Below are positions 47,437 through 56,525 of a DNA stretch of 64,000 nt, in pieces. Position 1 is the stretch's first letter. Each line of letters opens with the position of its first letter. Below the pieces are notes generated by a model. It did not search any database and was not told the DNA's origin. It saw nothing but the letters and a program-made list of their open reading frames with translations. Position numbers and translations under genes: made by a program. The DNA is from a virus (taxonomy: Duplodnaviria; Caudoviricetes). The stretch covers positions 7,961 through 71,960 of the IMG/VR virus record IMGVR_UViG_3300031414_000020; one strand, 5' to 3'.

Positions 47437-48981
47437 ATGCCTGCTGTAGTTAAAACGATCGCAGAGACCACACAGGCTATCACCAGACCTGTGGTTATGG
47501 GTGCAATAGATCTACTAAAGAAGTACACTGGGATCAAAGAGAGTGTGGTGGTTCAAGTCTTCACTAACTCGAATGCGGCTGCATTGCCGGGTACCCAAAT
47601 CAACGCCGGTGATGGTGCCGACCGGAAGTTCGATGCCCATGAGAAAATCAAAGCAGACTATACGGAAGAGTACGATGACACCGATGCGTTGACAGCACCA
47701 ACCAACTGGCGTGATAACGTCCCTATCTTCCTGGATCAGCCGTTACAGGTATTCCTGCGTCCTGTGTATGTTAAGGCCAAGGTAGACATCAGGATGGAGT
47801 ATCGCTTCACTAACGAAGCAGCAGCACAGCGCTGGTTAGCGGATATCCGTACGTACGTCAGTATGGAGCGCGCAGAATTACCAATGGAGTTGGAATACAG
47901 CTACCAGATACCCACGGCAGAACTTGTTGTCCTAGCGCACATCCACGAACTCCGTGAAAACGTGGCTGGATATAACCAAACCCTTACGGAATGGTTCCGT
48001 GAGAAGTTTGATGATCGCGTTACTGTGCAAAAGACTAACTCTGAGAAAGGGCATCAGTTTAGTGTGCAAGAACGTCAAGGCGGTATCCTGGGTTGGTTTG
48101 ACTTTACCATGCCACCACAACCTGAACGCAATGACACCAACGGTACCTGGATTGCGCAGTTCGGTTTTACGTTCGTCTACGACAAACCTATCTCGGTTAT
48201 GTTGAACTATCCGGTCATGGTTCACAATCAGATTGTGGACAGTAAGTACCGTAAAGATCCAACGCCGTATACGCTGACCGAACAGCGCCTGATGAACATC
48301 TCACGCAGGGCATATGAGAAACTCCCGTTTACTCGTCCCCGTGAATGGCAGCATCCCATCGGTGGTATCGTTGTCCCGTCTTACGACGACTGGTTGCCAA
48401 CTAAGTTCGACTCGGCCACAACAAGCGTGTTCACCACGATCATTATGGTTGACAGCGAAGACCCGTATCAGATCGCTAACTTACAGGAAATGGGTAACTG
48501 GGAAATTAACCCTATCTTGCTGGAGTGGGTACGTGAGAATAAGAAGAGCGTATTCAAACTGAATATGTCTCCTTTCGTCATCGAGTTTTACTCAGAGAAC
48601 ACTCGCTGGACACCTGAAGCACTTTACCTTGATGAATCGCTTAACCTGCGCTCTGTAACGCCTCTCAGTGAACGCCAACGCCATCACCTGAGATTCGCTA
48701 TGGTCTCAGACCTATCGGTGCTCTCAGAGCCGTATGCGCGTATTTTGCGCAACTCTGGTAAAGTGTGTATTGAAGTCTTAAAGATTGTCGACCCGACATT
48801 AGAGCCTCGTGGTTTTATACCACGACTGCGTGGGGGTAAGATGGTCGCTCCACTGGATTGGTCTAAGGCAGTAAGTGCGATAGGCACAACAGACCCAACC
48901 TGGAAAACCCGCCCCGAATATCGTCGAATGACGGTCGGACAGTTTATCTTCTATATCGGAGATCCAAATGCCAACATTTGA
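47437..48981 (+). CDS. Virion structural (tail/neck-region) protein
   Basis: 514 aa; first of a four-gene overlapping block matching phiKZ gp98-101-like synteny. Confidence 0.55.
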   Translation: MPAVVKTIAETTQAITRPVVMGAIDLLKKYTGIKESVVVQVFTNSNAAALPGTQINAGDGADRKFDAHEKIKADYTEEYDDTDALTAPTNWRDNVPIFLDQPLQVFLRPVYVKAKVDIRMEYRFTNEAAAQRWLADIRTYVSMERAELPMELEYSYQIPTAELVVLAHIHELRENVAGYNQTLTEWFREKFDDRVTVQKTNSEKGHQFSVQERQGGILGWFDFTMPPQPERNDTNGTWIAQFGFTFVYDKPISVMLNYPVMVHNQIVDSKYRKDPTPYTLTEQRLMNISRRAYEKLPFTRPREWQHPIGGIVVPSYDDWLPTKFDSATTSVFTTIIMVDSEDPYQIANLQEMGNWEINPILLEWVRENKKSVFKLNMSPFVIEFYSENTRWTPEALYLDESLNLRSVTPLSERQRHHLRFAMVSDLSVLSEPYARILRNSGKVCIEVLKIVDPTLEPRGFIPRLRGGKMVAPLDWSKAVSAIGTTDPTWKTRPEYRRMTVGQFIFYIGDPNANI

Positions 48982-50362
48982 CGAAGCTTACAACGGGAAG
49001 CCAAAGCCTGTTGTTCCTAAGCAACCAGCGCAGTCTAACCCACGCCCAATCCCCACGCCATATAAGGACATCAAGGTAGATTCTCGTGTCTTACCTAAGT
49101 CCGCACTGCTGGCACACATTGAAGGTTCGCAGGTTTTCCCTGATCGCTACTACAGTCAGATTCTTGCTGAAGGTAATAACCCAATTCCTTTCAGCATCGA
49201 TCTTCCTGCGGTATCTCAGCAGTATAACCGCATCGACCGTCTTGAATTCAGAATCCAGGACGGATTGTCCAATAGCTTCAAGGACGGCGAGAATGAATTC
49301 GAGGTAACTGGCTCATCAGTGATCTATGCGGGTATTGTTCCTAACGTTCATGATGTCTTCATTATGGATATCGGGGATGGTAAGTTAGGCCGCTTTGAAG
49401 TCACGATGTCTAAACCGTTGTCGTACACTCAAGCCGCAGTCCATGAGATCTCGTATAAACTCGTAGACTATTTAACGCCCGCTGTGCAGGCTAACCTCGA
49501 TCTGAAAACTAACGAGACATACACGTATGCTCGTGACCAGTTCATGGCAGGTCGTCGCGGCATTTTGCTGGAACAGGAATACAGTCAGTACGAAGAGATG
49601 CGTCGGCTGTTAGCTACGCTACCTGGTGAATACTATCGTGAGTTTTATTCACGCGAGTATCGTACTCTGGTTGTTCCAGACCAAATGGAAATGGTTTACG
49701 ACTCGTTTGTTGTCCAGTTCTTCAAGCGGATGTTGGATGTAAACGACCACCCGTGGTTGTCCACTGTCCATGAGTTAAGTGTCGACCTCGGTTATGGTGG
49801 TGACATCTTCACGCTGTTTGATGCAGCACTGAACAATGATGAAACTATTCTTGATCGTTGTTACTCAAACATCCAACCTGTCGATACGAACTATTTCCGT
49901 TCGCAACCGCTCTATGCAAACATTGCGTACAGTGGTATTAACGCCACCATGTTCCCGGTAGGCATTAAGGTGTTTGTGGGTAGCTGGGAAGACACTATCT
50001 TTGCTAAGGGTAGTTTGCGTATTGGGCCTAACGTTGCCTTGAACCGTAAGGTGTCAATGGACGAAGCGTATAGCCGCACTCGCATGGATGAAGTTCCGGG
50101 TAGTAATGAACCGGCCCGTCCGTGGATATCTGACGACATCTTTAAAGAAAGCTATATCTTCTCTAAAGCGTTCTATCAGAACCTTGATTCTCAGTCTGCG
50201 CTGGAACTGATGTTCCGTTCTGCTGTGCGTGGGCAGTTCAAGGATGCGGCTAAGATCATCAAGGCGTGCAACGATCGAGTGTTGTGGACATCCACTACTC
50301 GCTTCTACTACATGCCTATCCTATTCTATATCTTGCGTACCGCAATCATCAACGTGAGTTAA
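48968..50362 (+). CDS. Virion structural protein
   Basis: 464 aa; PNxxDVFIMDIGDG motif; synteny. Confidence 0.55.
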   Translation: MPTFDEAYNGKPKPVVPKQPAQSNPRPIPTPYKDIKVDSRVLPKSALLAHIEGSQVFPDRYYSQILAEGNNPIPFSIDLPAVSQQYNRIDRLEFRIQDGLSNSFKDGENEFEVTGSSVIYAGIVPNVHDVFIMDIGDGKLGRFEVTMSKPLSYTQAAVHEISYKLVDYLTPAVQANLDLKTNETYTYARDQFMAGRRGILLEQEYSQYEEMRRLLATLPGEYYREFYSREYRTLVVPDQMEMVYDSFVVQFFKRMLDVNDHPWLSTVHELSVDLGYGGDIFTLFDAALNNDETILDRCYSNIQPVDTNYFRSQPLYANIAYSGINATMFPVGIKVFVGSWEDTIFAKGSLRIGPNVALNRKVSMDEAYSRTRMDEVPGSNEPARPWISDDIFKESYIFSKAFYQNLDSQSALELMFRSAVRGQFKDAAKIIKACNDRVLWTSTTRFYYMPILFYILRTAIINVS

Positions 50363-50366
50363 TATC

Positions 50367-50960
50367 ATGAATGTCGATAGAGAGTCAACAGGCTTTAAAC
50401 TGTTCAAGCAGATTTTTCATTGCAGGGTGAAGGCCAAGCACTTAATCGACGTCGAGCATGCAGCTGAGTTTGGTTTACCGAGTACCGGTGACGATCAATA
50501 CGATGCTGAATTGGCTGAGGTGTGGAATGATGTTTATCTTCCTGCCTCAGACATCGCTGAGTTGATTAACGATGGGGCCGACGTAATCATCGTCGCGTTG
50601 GAAGACGCTACCCGTATCTATGAACTGATTCAGAATCATCTCGAATGGTGGGAAGACCAGTTCCGTCAAAGCTTCTACTTTGAACCGGGACGCATTAAGC
50701 GTGTGAAGCGTGACATCGAGTTATTGAGTCGCGTTGCAGCTGGCTTGTTCCCAATGGTTGAGTCGTATGTTCGTAAAGAAGATAAGCATCTTACTGCCCG
50801 CGATGATTCTATCATGCCGTTCCGTCCTGAAGGTGAAACATATACCCTGGACCAGACAGACCTTGGTCGCTATGATCCGAGCATCGTCAAAGAACACAGG
50901 ACGCTGGAAGACATTATCGATACGAAGGTATTGGATCGCGTAAGAATCTGGGAGCGTTGA
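50367..50960 (+). CDS. Conserved hypothetical protein
   Basis: 197 aa, tightly packed in the structural block. Confidence 0.6.
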   Translation: MNVDRESTGFKLFKQIFHCRVKAKHLIDVEHAAEFGLPSTGDDQYDAELAEVWNDVYLPASDIAELINDGADVIIVALEDATRIYELIQNHLEWWEDQFRQSFYFEPGRIKRVKRDIELLSRVAAGLFPMVESYVRKEDKHLTARDDSIMPFRPEGETYTLDQTDLGRYDPSIVKEHRTLEDIIDTKVLDRVRIWER

Positions 50961-50961
50961 T

Positions 50962-52332
50962 ATGCGTATTGAAGGTACTGCGTTGTATGCAGACATTGCG
51001 ATGATCATGGCAGACAAATCGCAGCCCACACATTTCCGTTACGATATCTTCGTTCGGGGTGGTGGACAACAAGCCATTGCAATGAAGATGGTGGCATTGG
51101 ATGAGACGCGGAACTTTCAGGGCGACTATGGTGATAAAATAGTCATGGAAGCTTTGTTCGTGGAGAGTGACTATAATCGTGTCATTCTTCCGAACATCAA
51201 AGACCTGGAAGTCATCATCACTAAGTCAAGGGTGGGTAGACCATCTGGTCCTAGTGCGGATAAAACCTTTACCTCGGCAACCTATCGATATAAAGCCACA
51301 GTGGGCGATGTGACGGTACCTGAGGTCGGTGAGTCAAACCTCAATAGCCACGATCCAACCAACGCCATGAAATCGGTAACGTTCCAGTTAATCGATCGGG
51401 CACTCTACCAATTGCGGTTGACAACCGTTGGCGGCATCTTCCGTTCTACCACGGCAGTCGATGTTCTTAATGTAATGTTGACAGGCAAGTCTAAGGCATT
51501 GGAAATCGATGACGCTGTTAAGCCGTTGGGCGTTGAGCTGGTACCTGCGGATACTGCGCTAAAGGAAGATGGAAAGCCTAACTTGCGCGACCATGTTGTA
51601 GTCAAGAGTGGTGTTCCACTTTTCGACCTGGCTGGTTACTTGCAGAAACACTGTGGTGGTATCTACAATAACGGAATCGGTTGTTATTACACTAATCGAC
51701 TCTGGTATGTATACCCACTGTTCGATAACTCACGTTTTGCTAAGTCAGCCAGAACGTTGACTATCATTCGTGTTCCTGCCGATGCAATGCCGGATATTGA
51801 TCACAGCTACACGATGCTGGGTAATCATCTATTTGTCTTAGCCACAGATGAGGCTATCTCTGTCGATCAGACCGATCACAAGCAGCTGAACTCAGGCAAT
51901 GCGAAGATATTTCCTACGGCCACAGGTATAATGGACAAATACGTGCCTGTAGACGATTCTGCGGGGTTTTCTTCGGAGAGTGATACATTGGGAAGAATAT
52001 CTGTACAGGCCCGTCCAGACGGCCTTAACAGTGCTCAATTCGATGTATCACATGTCACGGATAATACCGCGATGATGATCTCTGAGCTGGCAAAGAACAC
52101 TCAGCAGTTTATGCAATTCGGTTGGGGGTATTCTAACCCTGCGTTGTTATACCCTGGAATGCCTACCCGTGTGCTCTACAACAAGGCGGGCGTTGTCGAA
52201 ACCTTACAGGGTACATTGGTGGGCGGTGATAGTTTTACAGAGCTGGCAACTCCGGGCATGGCTACTGTACATTACCAGACTAAAACTGCTCTTTCTGTAT
52301 TACTAGACAAGCCACCGGAGAAACGAGCTTAG
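50962..52332 (+). CDS. Baseplate hub/tail-tip-like protein (phiKZ gp101-like)
   Basis: 456 aa; YLQKHCGGIY motif; C-terminal beta-barrel-like LYPGMP..V segment typical of hub proteins. Confidence 0.55.
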   Translation: MRIEGTALYADIAMIMADKSQPTHFRYDIFVRGGGQQAIAMKMVALDETRNFQGDYGDKIVMEALFVESDYNRVILPNIKDLEVIITKSRVGRPSGPSADKTFTSATYRYKATVGDVTVPEVGESNLNSHDPTNAMKSVTFQLIDRALYQLRLTTVGGIFRSTTAVDVLNVMLTGKSKALEIDDAVKPLGVELVPADTALKEDGKPNLRDHVVVKSGVPLFDLAGYLQKHCGGIYNNGIGCYYTNRLWYVYPLFDNSRFAKSARTLTIIRVPADAMPDIDHSYTMLGNHLFVLATDEAISVDQTDHKQLNSGNAKIFPTATGIMDKYVPVDDSAGFSSESDTLGRISVQARPDGLNSAQFDVSHVTDNTAMMISELAKNTQQFMQFGWGYSNPALLYPGMPTRVLYNKAGVVETLQGTLVGGDSFTELATPGMATVHYQTKTALSVLLDKPPEKRA

Positions 52333-52340
52333 GAGGTTGT

Positions 52341-52610
52341 ATGCAAACCAGCCAAAGCAGTTTCAAAATGTTCAGTCCAGTTGTGGTGCTTATTATCGCC
52401 ATTGCATTAGCTATCGCAGGTTTTACAGTTTGGGCGTTGCAAGTGCGCGCCGAGACTAAAACTGCACCAGAGTCTGCTAGCAATGCATACTGTACTAGTG
52501 GTAGTTGTTACCGCACCAACGGGATGTATATCGGTCCTGACCCTGCAACATTACCAGCAGGCCGGGAGAACGTAAAAGTACCGGAGTACGTACCATCAAC
52601 TTGTAAGTAA
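52341..52610 (+). CDS. Small single-pass membrane protein
   Basis: N-terminal transmembrane segment PVVVLIIAIALAIAGFTVWAL; Cys-containing C-domain; AGGAGG RBS. Confidence 0.65.
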   Translation: MQTSQSSFKMFSPVVVLIIAIALAIAGFTVWALQVRAETKTAPESASNAYCTSGSCYRTNGMYIGPDPATLPAGRENVKVPEYVPSTCK

Positions 52611-52611
52611 C

Positions 52612-52658
52612 GGCATAACGACCAGAGACTCCACATAGGGGTCTCTGGTTTATGTGCC
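52612..52658. terminator. Terminator ending the structural block
   Basis: ACCAGAGACTCC-ACATA-GGGGTCTCTGGT with GGCATAA and TTATGTGCC arms. Confidence 0.65.
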
Positions 52659-52670
52659 TCAGTCTATTCT

Positions 52671-52691
52671 TAGATATATATTATCCTACTG
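52671..52691 (+). promoter_or_regulatory. Putative phage early promoter motif (ATATATATTA)
   Basis: TAG-ATATATATTA-TCCTACTG, heading the accessory cluster. Confidence 0.55.
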
Positions 52692-52925
52692 AAGTCTCAC
52701 GCTTCAGTATTAAAATACTTTCCAGTGTTATGATTTGAATCAAACAAAAGTCCGGGGTTTTATGATGTTAGTTCACGAATGGATTATATCATGCAATCTT
52801 TGGACGGAGTGTTTACACGACATCGTTATTAGTTTAGTTGGGTAAACTGTTTTCAAATTATAGATCGAAGCAATTCTTTTTTACAAACTCAGTCTACCTT
52901 GTAGACAACAAAAGGAATCTAAGTC

Positions 52926-53645
52926 ATGCGGAAACATCTTATCATCGAAAACGGATTCATCTCAAGTCCAACGATCTTGTCTGCTATCCTGCAAATGTGG
53001 ATTGGTCACTATGGCGAGTTTTGCTATGAACGTTTCGAGAGCGAGAAAGAGAATGCGTCTCCTAACTATAAAGAGCGTCTGACTCCAGAAGGCATCGTTC
53101 AGCGCATTAATGGTGGCGATTGCGGTACGACCGCATTAGCCGTACATCAGGTTTATTATGGTCTGATGAATGAACTGGTCGGTGAGAACGAAAGAGTATC
53201 TCCATTGGAGCTGGTTGACAACTACAATCACGCATACCTCCGCCTCGACGATGTCAATTACGACACGCTCAATTTGAGTGGGCAGTCAGACGCAATGAAG
53301 ATGCTCGACGCTAACGCACCCAACGCCAGTATTGAAGCACTAACCGATGCTGAGATGTTCAAGCGGTATATCTGGAAAGATCAGATTGGTGCAGAACTCA
53401 TTCGTCGCTTCTGCCAGCGCTTCTACCTCGAGCCATTGAAAGAGGCCATCGCGCTCTTAAACGAAATGCCGGTGCACCCGAGTAATGGCGATTGGTTTGG
53501 TTGGGTAAGTGATAAGATGAATGCGATTGATGCGTTCCGTCCTCGTCCAGCTAAGGTCGTCAAAGATGAATCCATCATCGACATGACTAAGTCTGACGGT
53601 AAGACGTTAGAGCAGACTATCGATGAACTCGTTAAAGGAATGTAA
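52926..53645 (+). CDS. Papain/transglutaminase-like Cys-His-Asp fold protein
   Basis: GGDCGTTALAV (Cys at a helix start), NHAYL, NYD. Confidence 0.55.
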   Translation: MRKHLIIENGFISSPTILSAILQMWIGHYGEFCYERFESEKENASPNYKERLTPEGIVQRINGGDCGTTALAVHQVYYGLMNELVGENERVSPLELVDNYNHAYLRLDDVNYDTLNLSGQSDAMKMLDANAPNASIEALTDAEMFKRYIWKDQIGAELIRRFCQRFYLEPLKEAIALLNEMPVHPSNGDWFGWVSDKMNAIDAFRPRPAKVVKDESIIDMTKSDGKTLEQTIDELVKGM

Positions 53646-53648
53646 GCA

Positions 53649-54749
53649 ATGAGCTATCGTCAGCAGTATTACCAGATTCCTAAAACCCCACTGGGTGAAT
53701 CTTTTCGCGAGTTGGTTAATAACGATGATCTGATTCACGATCGTAGTTGTATGCTGGCTAACTTAAAGAATGTTGCACACCAATGGTTCCATGGTTTAAA
53801 CATTCTGAAATTCAACCCGGTAGATCCCAACGGCCGTGTTCGCTACATCGATGAGATGTGTTCTCGCCCATGGGGTATGAAAGGCCCCGAACGTATGTGG
53901 TGCGAAGGCTTCGCTATTCCACTTATTCCTCGTGAACGTCATATCCACGTAGCTGTCGAGCTTTGTATTGCCGGTGGTAACGGACAACTGTGGTCAACTA
54001 AGCCAACGGCAGGGTTGCGTTATAAGTCTGCTGCTGATGGTAGCTGGTCTAACATTCGTTGGTTCGGTACTAAGAAGGCACTTTGGTTACAAATGCACCA
54101 GGATGCATTGTTCCGTAAAATCGACAACCTGGTCGAGTGGTCTTTCTTGATGGAACCTGGTATGGCGGTTGAACGTGGGACAGTAGTCGAAGATCCAGAA
54201 CGATACAAACATGGTTTTCGCATCGAAGGTATTGGATCTCCCCAAATACGACTGGAAGAGATCTACGGCGAAGCGGCGGTTAGTGCTGATCAGTTGTTGG
54301 AGCATAATCGTCTCCTGACGCCACAGGACCGCATCGACTTCACTAAAATGCAGTTGGGTATGGCTAACGGCTTTGCTAAAACTAGCCGCCCTGAGGTCGC
54401 TGCCCACATGGCGGGCGTGGGTATCGCTGCTCTATGTAAACGCTGCATAGCTCGGTATGGTTTACCAGGCGACCCTAAACGTATCAATTTCTTATCAGCC
54501 GAACTCGACGACCCAGAGAACCCTTGGCTCCCTGGTAAAACAGCAGATGAGACTTACCTGTGGATGGCGGATTATATCTACAGCATGTTGGGCGCTTGTC
54601 AGGCTGAACAGCTATCGAAGCCTATCGCTGAGGCCATCGGCGAGCCACTGTTAGAAGCCATGGCACAAGCTGTTTCGCGTGAACCCACTGCCGAGCGTTC
54701 GGCACTCATTATGAATTTAAGGAAAGAAAATGCTCCGACTGCCAAGTGA
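53649..54749 (+). CDS. Hypothetical protein (366 aa)
   Basis: Long ORF with RBS, tightly packed. Confidence 0.7.
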   Translation: MSYRQQYYQIPKTPLGESFRELVNNDDLIHDRSCMLANLKNVAHQWFHGLNILKFNPVDPNGRVRYIDEMCSRPWGMKGPERMWCEGFAIPLIPRERHIHVAVELCIAGGNGQLWSTKPTAGLRYKSAADGSWSNIRWFGTKKALWLQMHQDALFRKIDNLVEWSFLMEPGMAVERGTVVEDPERYKHGFRIEGIGSPQIRLEEIYGEAAVSADQLLEHNRLLTPQDRIDFTKMQLGMANGFAKTSRPEVAAHMAGVGIAALCKRCIARYGLPGDPKRINFLSAELDDPENPWLPGKTADETYLWMADYIYSMLGACQAEQLSKPIAEAIGEPLLEAMAQAVSREPTAERSALIMNLRKENAPTAK

Positions 54750-55521
54750 ACTGATAAAGCGAATGGTGTTCAATGAAACACCCCATTCATTCACTCTTTA
54801 CAATGAACAGCGTTTGGACTTAGCGGACAGGGTAGTAACTGGTAACGATAATAAGGTGCCGTACTACGCTAATAATTGGGAGAAGGATGGTCAGCCGCTG
54901 CCGAGACTAGCAGAAACACTCGACCACATCAAACCGATTGAGTGTATGCAGGATCATTGCGACTACGCACTCTGCTTCGAAACCTCAGCCGATGAATCTT
55001 TCTTCACGAAAGTCGCTAAGAACTTCGAGCGTCATAGTGCTCGCTGTCCAGACACCCAGTTAGGTCTGTCGCTACTGGTGGCGAGCTTCACTGACGAGAT
55101 GCCGTTCCCGTATCAGATGTTAAAGATGCTGGAAACCGCATCACACTCAGCATTCGGTTGTCATGTAGTAGAGATGGATTACGCAGACCAGTCGCGCAAT
55201 GTGAAGGTTGATTGGAATGACACGTTGGTGGTATACGCCAATTCGTGGGATGAGCTGGTATCCACACCATCTATTCGCATTCCTCTGCTTCGTGCCGATG
55301 GTTGTCCGTTCCATGCGGTTGCGCTGTTGGCCACTTATCCAGCAATGGATGGCAATGAAGAAGATAAGTTGGAGTTTGAGTTTATCGTTCAGGTTGAAGC
55401 CGGTATGCCGTGGTCTGTGCTGAAACACGCAGACTTCGCGCCTAACCGTGTCGCTGATTACGTTCGTCGTTATGGTCGCCGTATAACCAAACTGACCGAC
55501 CACCGCAAACCATTCAAATAA
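54730..55521 (+). CDS. Hypothetical protein (263 aa)
   Basis: Overlapping ORF with AAGGA RBS. Confidence 0.65.
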   Translation: MLRLPSELIKRMVFNETPHSFTLYNEQRLDLADRVVTGNDNKVPYYANNWEKDGQPLPRLAETLDHIKPIECMQDHCDYALCFETSADESFFTKVAKNFERHSARCPDTQLGLSLLVASFTDEMPFPYQMLKMLETASHSAFGCHVVEMDYADQSRNVKVDWNDTLVVYANSWDELVSTPSIRIPLLRADGCPFHAVALLATYPAMDGNEEDKLEFEFIVQVEAGMPWSVLKHADFAPNRVADYVRRYGRRITKLTDHRKPFK

Positions 55522-55533
55522 GGTAAACGTACC

Positions 55534-56043
55534 ATGTCGATTCGCAGAACGTTAATTGTTGGGGATGGTCACGTCTCCCACAAAAACATCTGTCGGCAAC
55601 GTACGCGCTTTAAAACAGTAGCTGAACACGATGAGTTTTTCTGGGACCTCTTGGCTCCGTTAAACCATCGTGACCAGTTAATCATGGCTGGCGATATGTT
55701 CTTTACTCGCGAGTCATTGTACAAATTGAAGAAGTTTCCTTTCCGCAAAATTCTGATCATTGGCAATCACTGCACTGACCACGAGCCTGATGCGAGAGAC
55801 TTGGTCGAGGTGTACGATGACGTCGTCGAGAGTAAGAAGCGTAATCATTTCCTGATTACGCATTCGCCTCGCCATCCGTTAGCGCTACGCAGTCGCATCA
55901 ATGTCCACGCACATATGCACGAAACGATTATCCGTGATGAACGGTATATCAATGTCTCCTTAGAAGCTACCGGGTTTAGACTCGTAGACTTTGAAGAGAT
56001 CCGCACCGGTGAGTATCGCACTTACAGAGGTAAAAGCGCGTGA
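55534..56043 (+). CDS. Calcineurin-like metallophosphoesterase
   Basis: All five motifs present: GDxH, GDM, GNH, THSP, HAHMH. Confidence 0.85.
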   Translation: MSIRRTLIVGDGHVSHKNICRQRTRFKTVAEHDEFFWDLLAPLNHRDQLIMAGDMFFTRESLYKLKKFPFRKILIIGNHCTDHEPDARDLVEVYDDVVESKKRNHFLITHSPRHPLALRSRINVHAHMHETIIRDERYINVSLEATGFRLVDFEEIRTGEYRTYRGKSA

Positions 56044-56519
56044 CGAAATATTACCATGTCTCACCGTCGGGGACATTACCCTCATTGCTAAAGCCACGGT
56101 TGCCGCAAGGTGAACCCGGCGTAGTTTCTTATCCTGAGCCTAAAATCCCTCGGGTTTCTTTTTCCGATAGCATAGCGCGCTGCATTAGTGCCATTTTCCC
56201 AACGATTGGTGATGTATTAGACCACCCTGTTGATAAAAGCACAGAGCTATTTGTTTATGAACTGGTCGGCTATGAAAAATCAGCACTGATTCCGTGGCAG
56301 GTACTGTCTGAAAAACGGTATGTTCATGACGCGCACATTACTCACGAGGCGTGGGTAACAAAGGAGTGCAGGATAAAGAAGCTGGGGTCGGTGTTTATTT
56401 ACAATACGAGCCAAGTTCCTGATATAGACTATCGTCCATTCGATGACTTATCTTTGGAACCTAGACATTACGGCCCGGATTTTAATAGATTTACTTTACA
56501 CTACACGTTTATGAGGTAA
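56040..56519 (+). CDS. Hypothetical protein, possible ADP-ribosyltransferase fold
   Basis: GTG start overlapping the previous stop; YYHVS...RVSFSDS...FVY...THEAW. Confidence 0.45.
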   Translation: MTKYYHVSPSGTLPSLLKPRLPQGEPGVVSYPEPKIPRVSFSDSIARCISAIFPTIGDVLDHPVDKSTELFVYELVGYEKSALIPWQVLSEKRYVHDAHITHEAWVTKECRIKKLGSVFIYNTSQVPDIDYRPFDDLSLEPRHYGPDFNRFTLHYTFMR

Positions 56520-56525
56520 AAGCGC

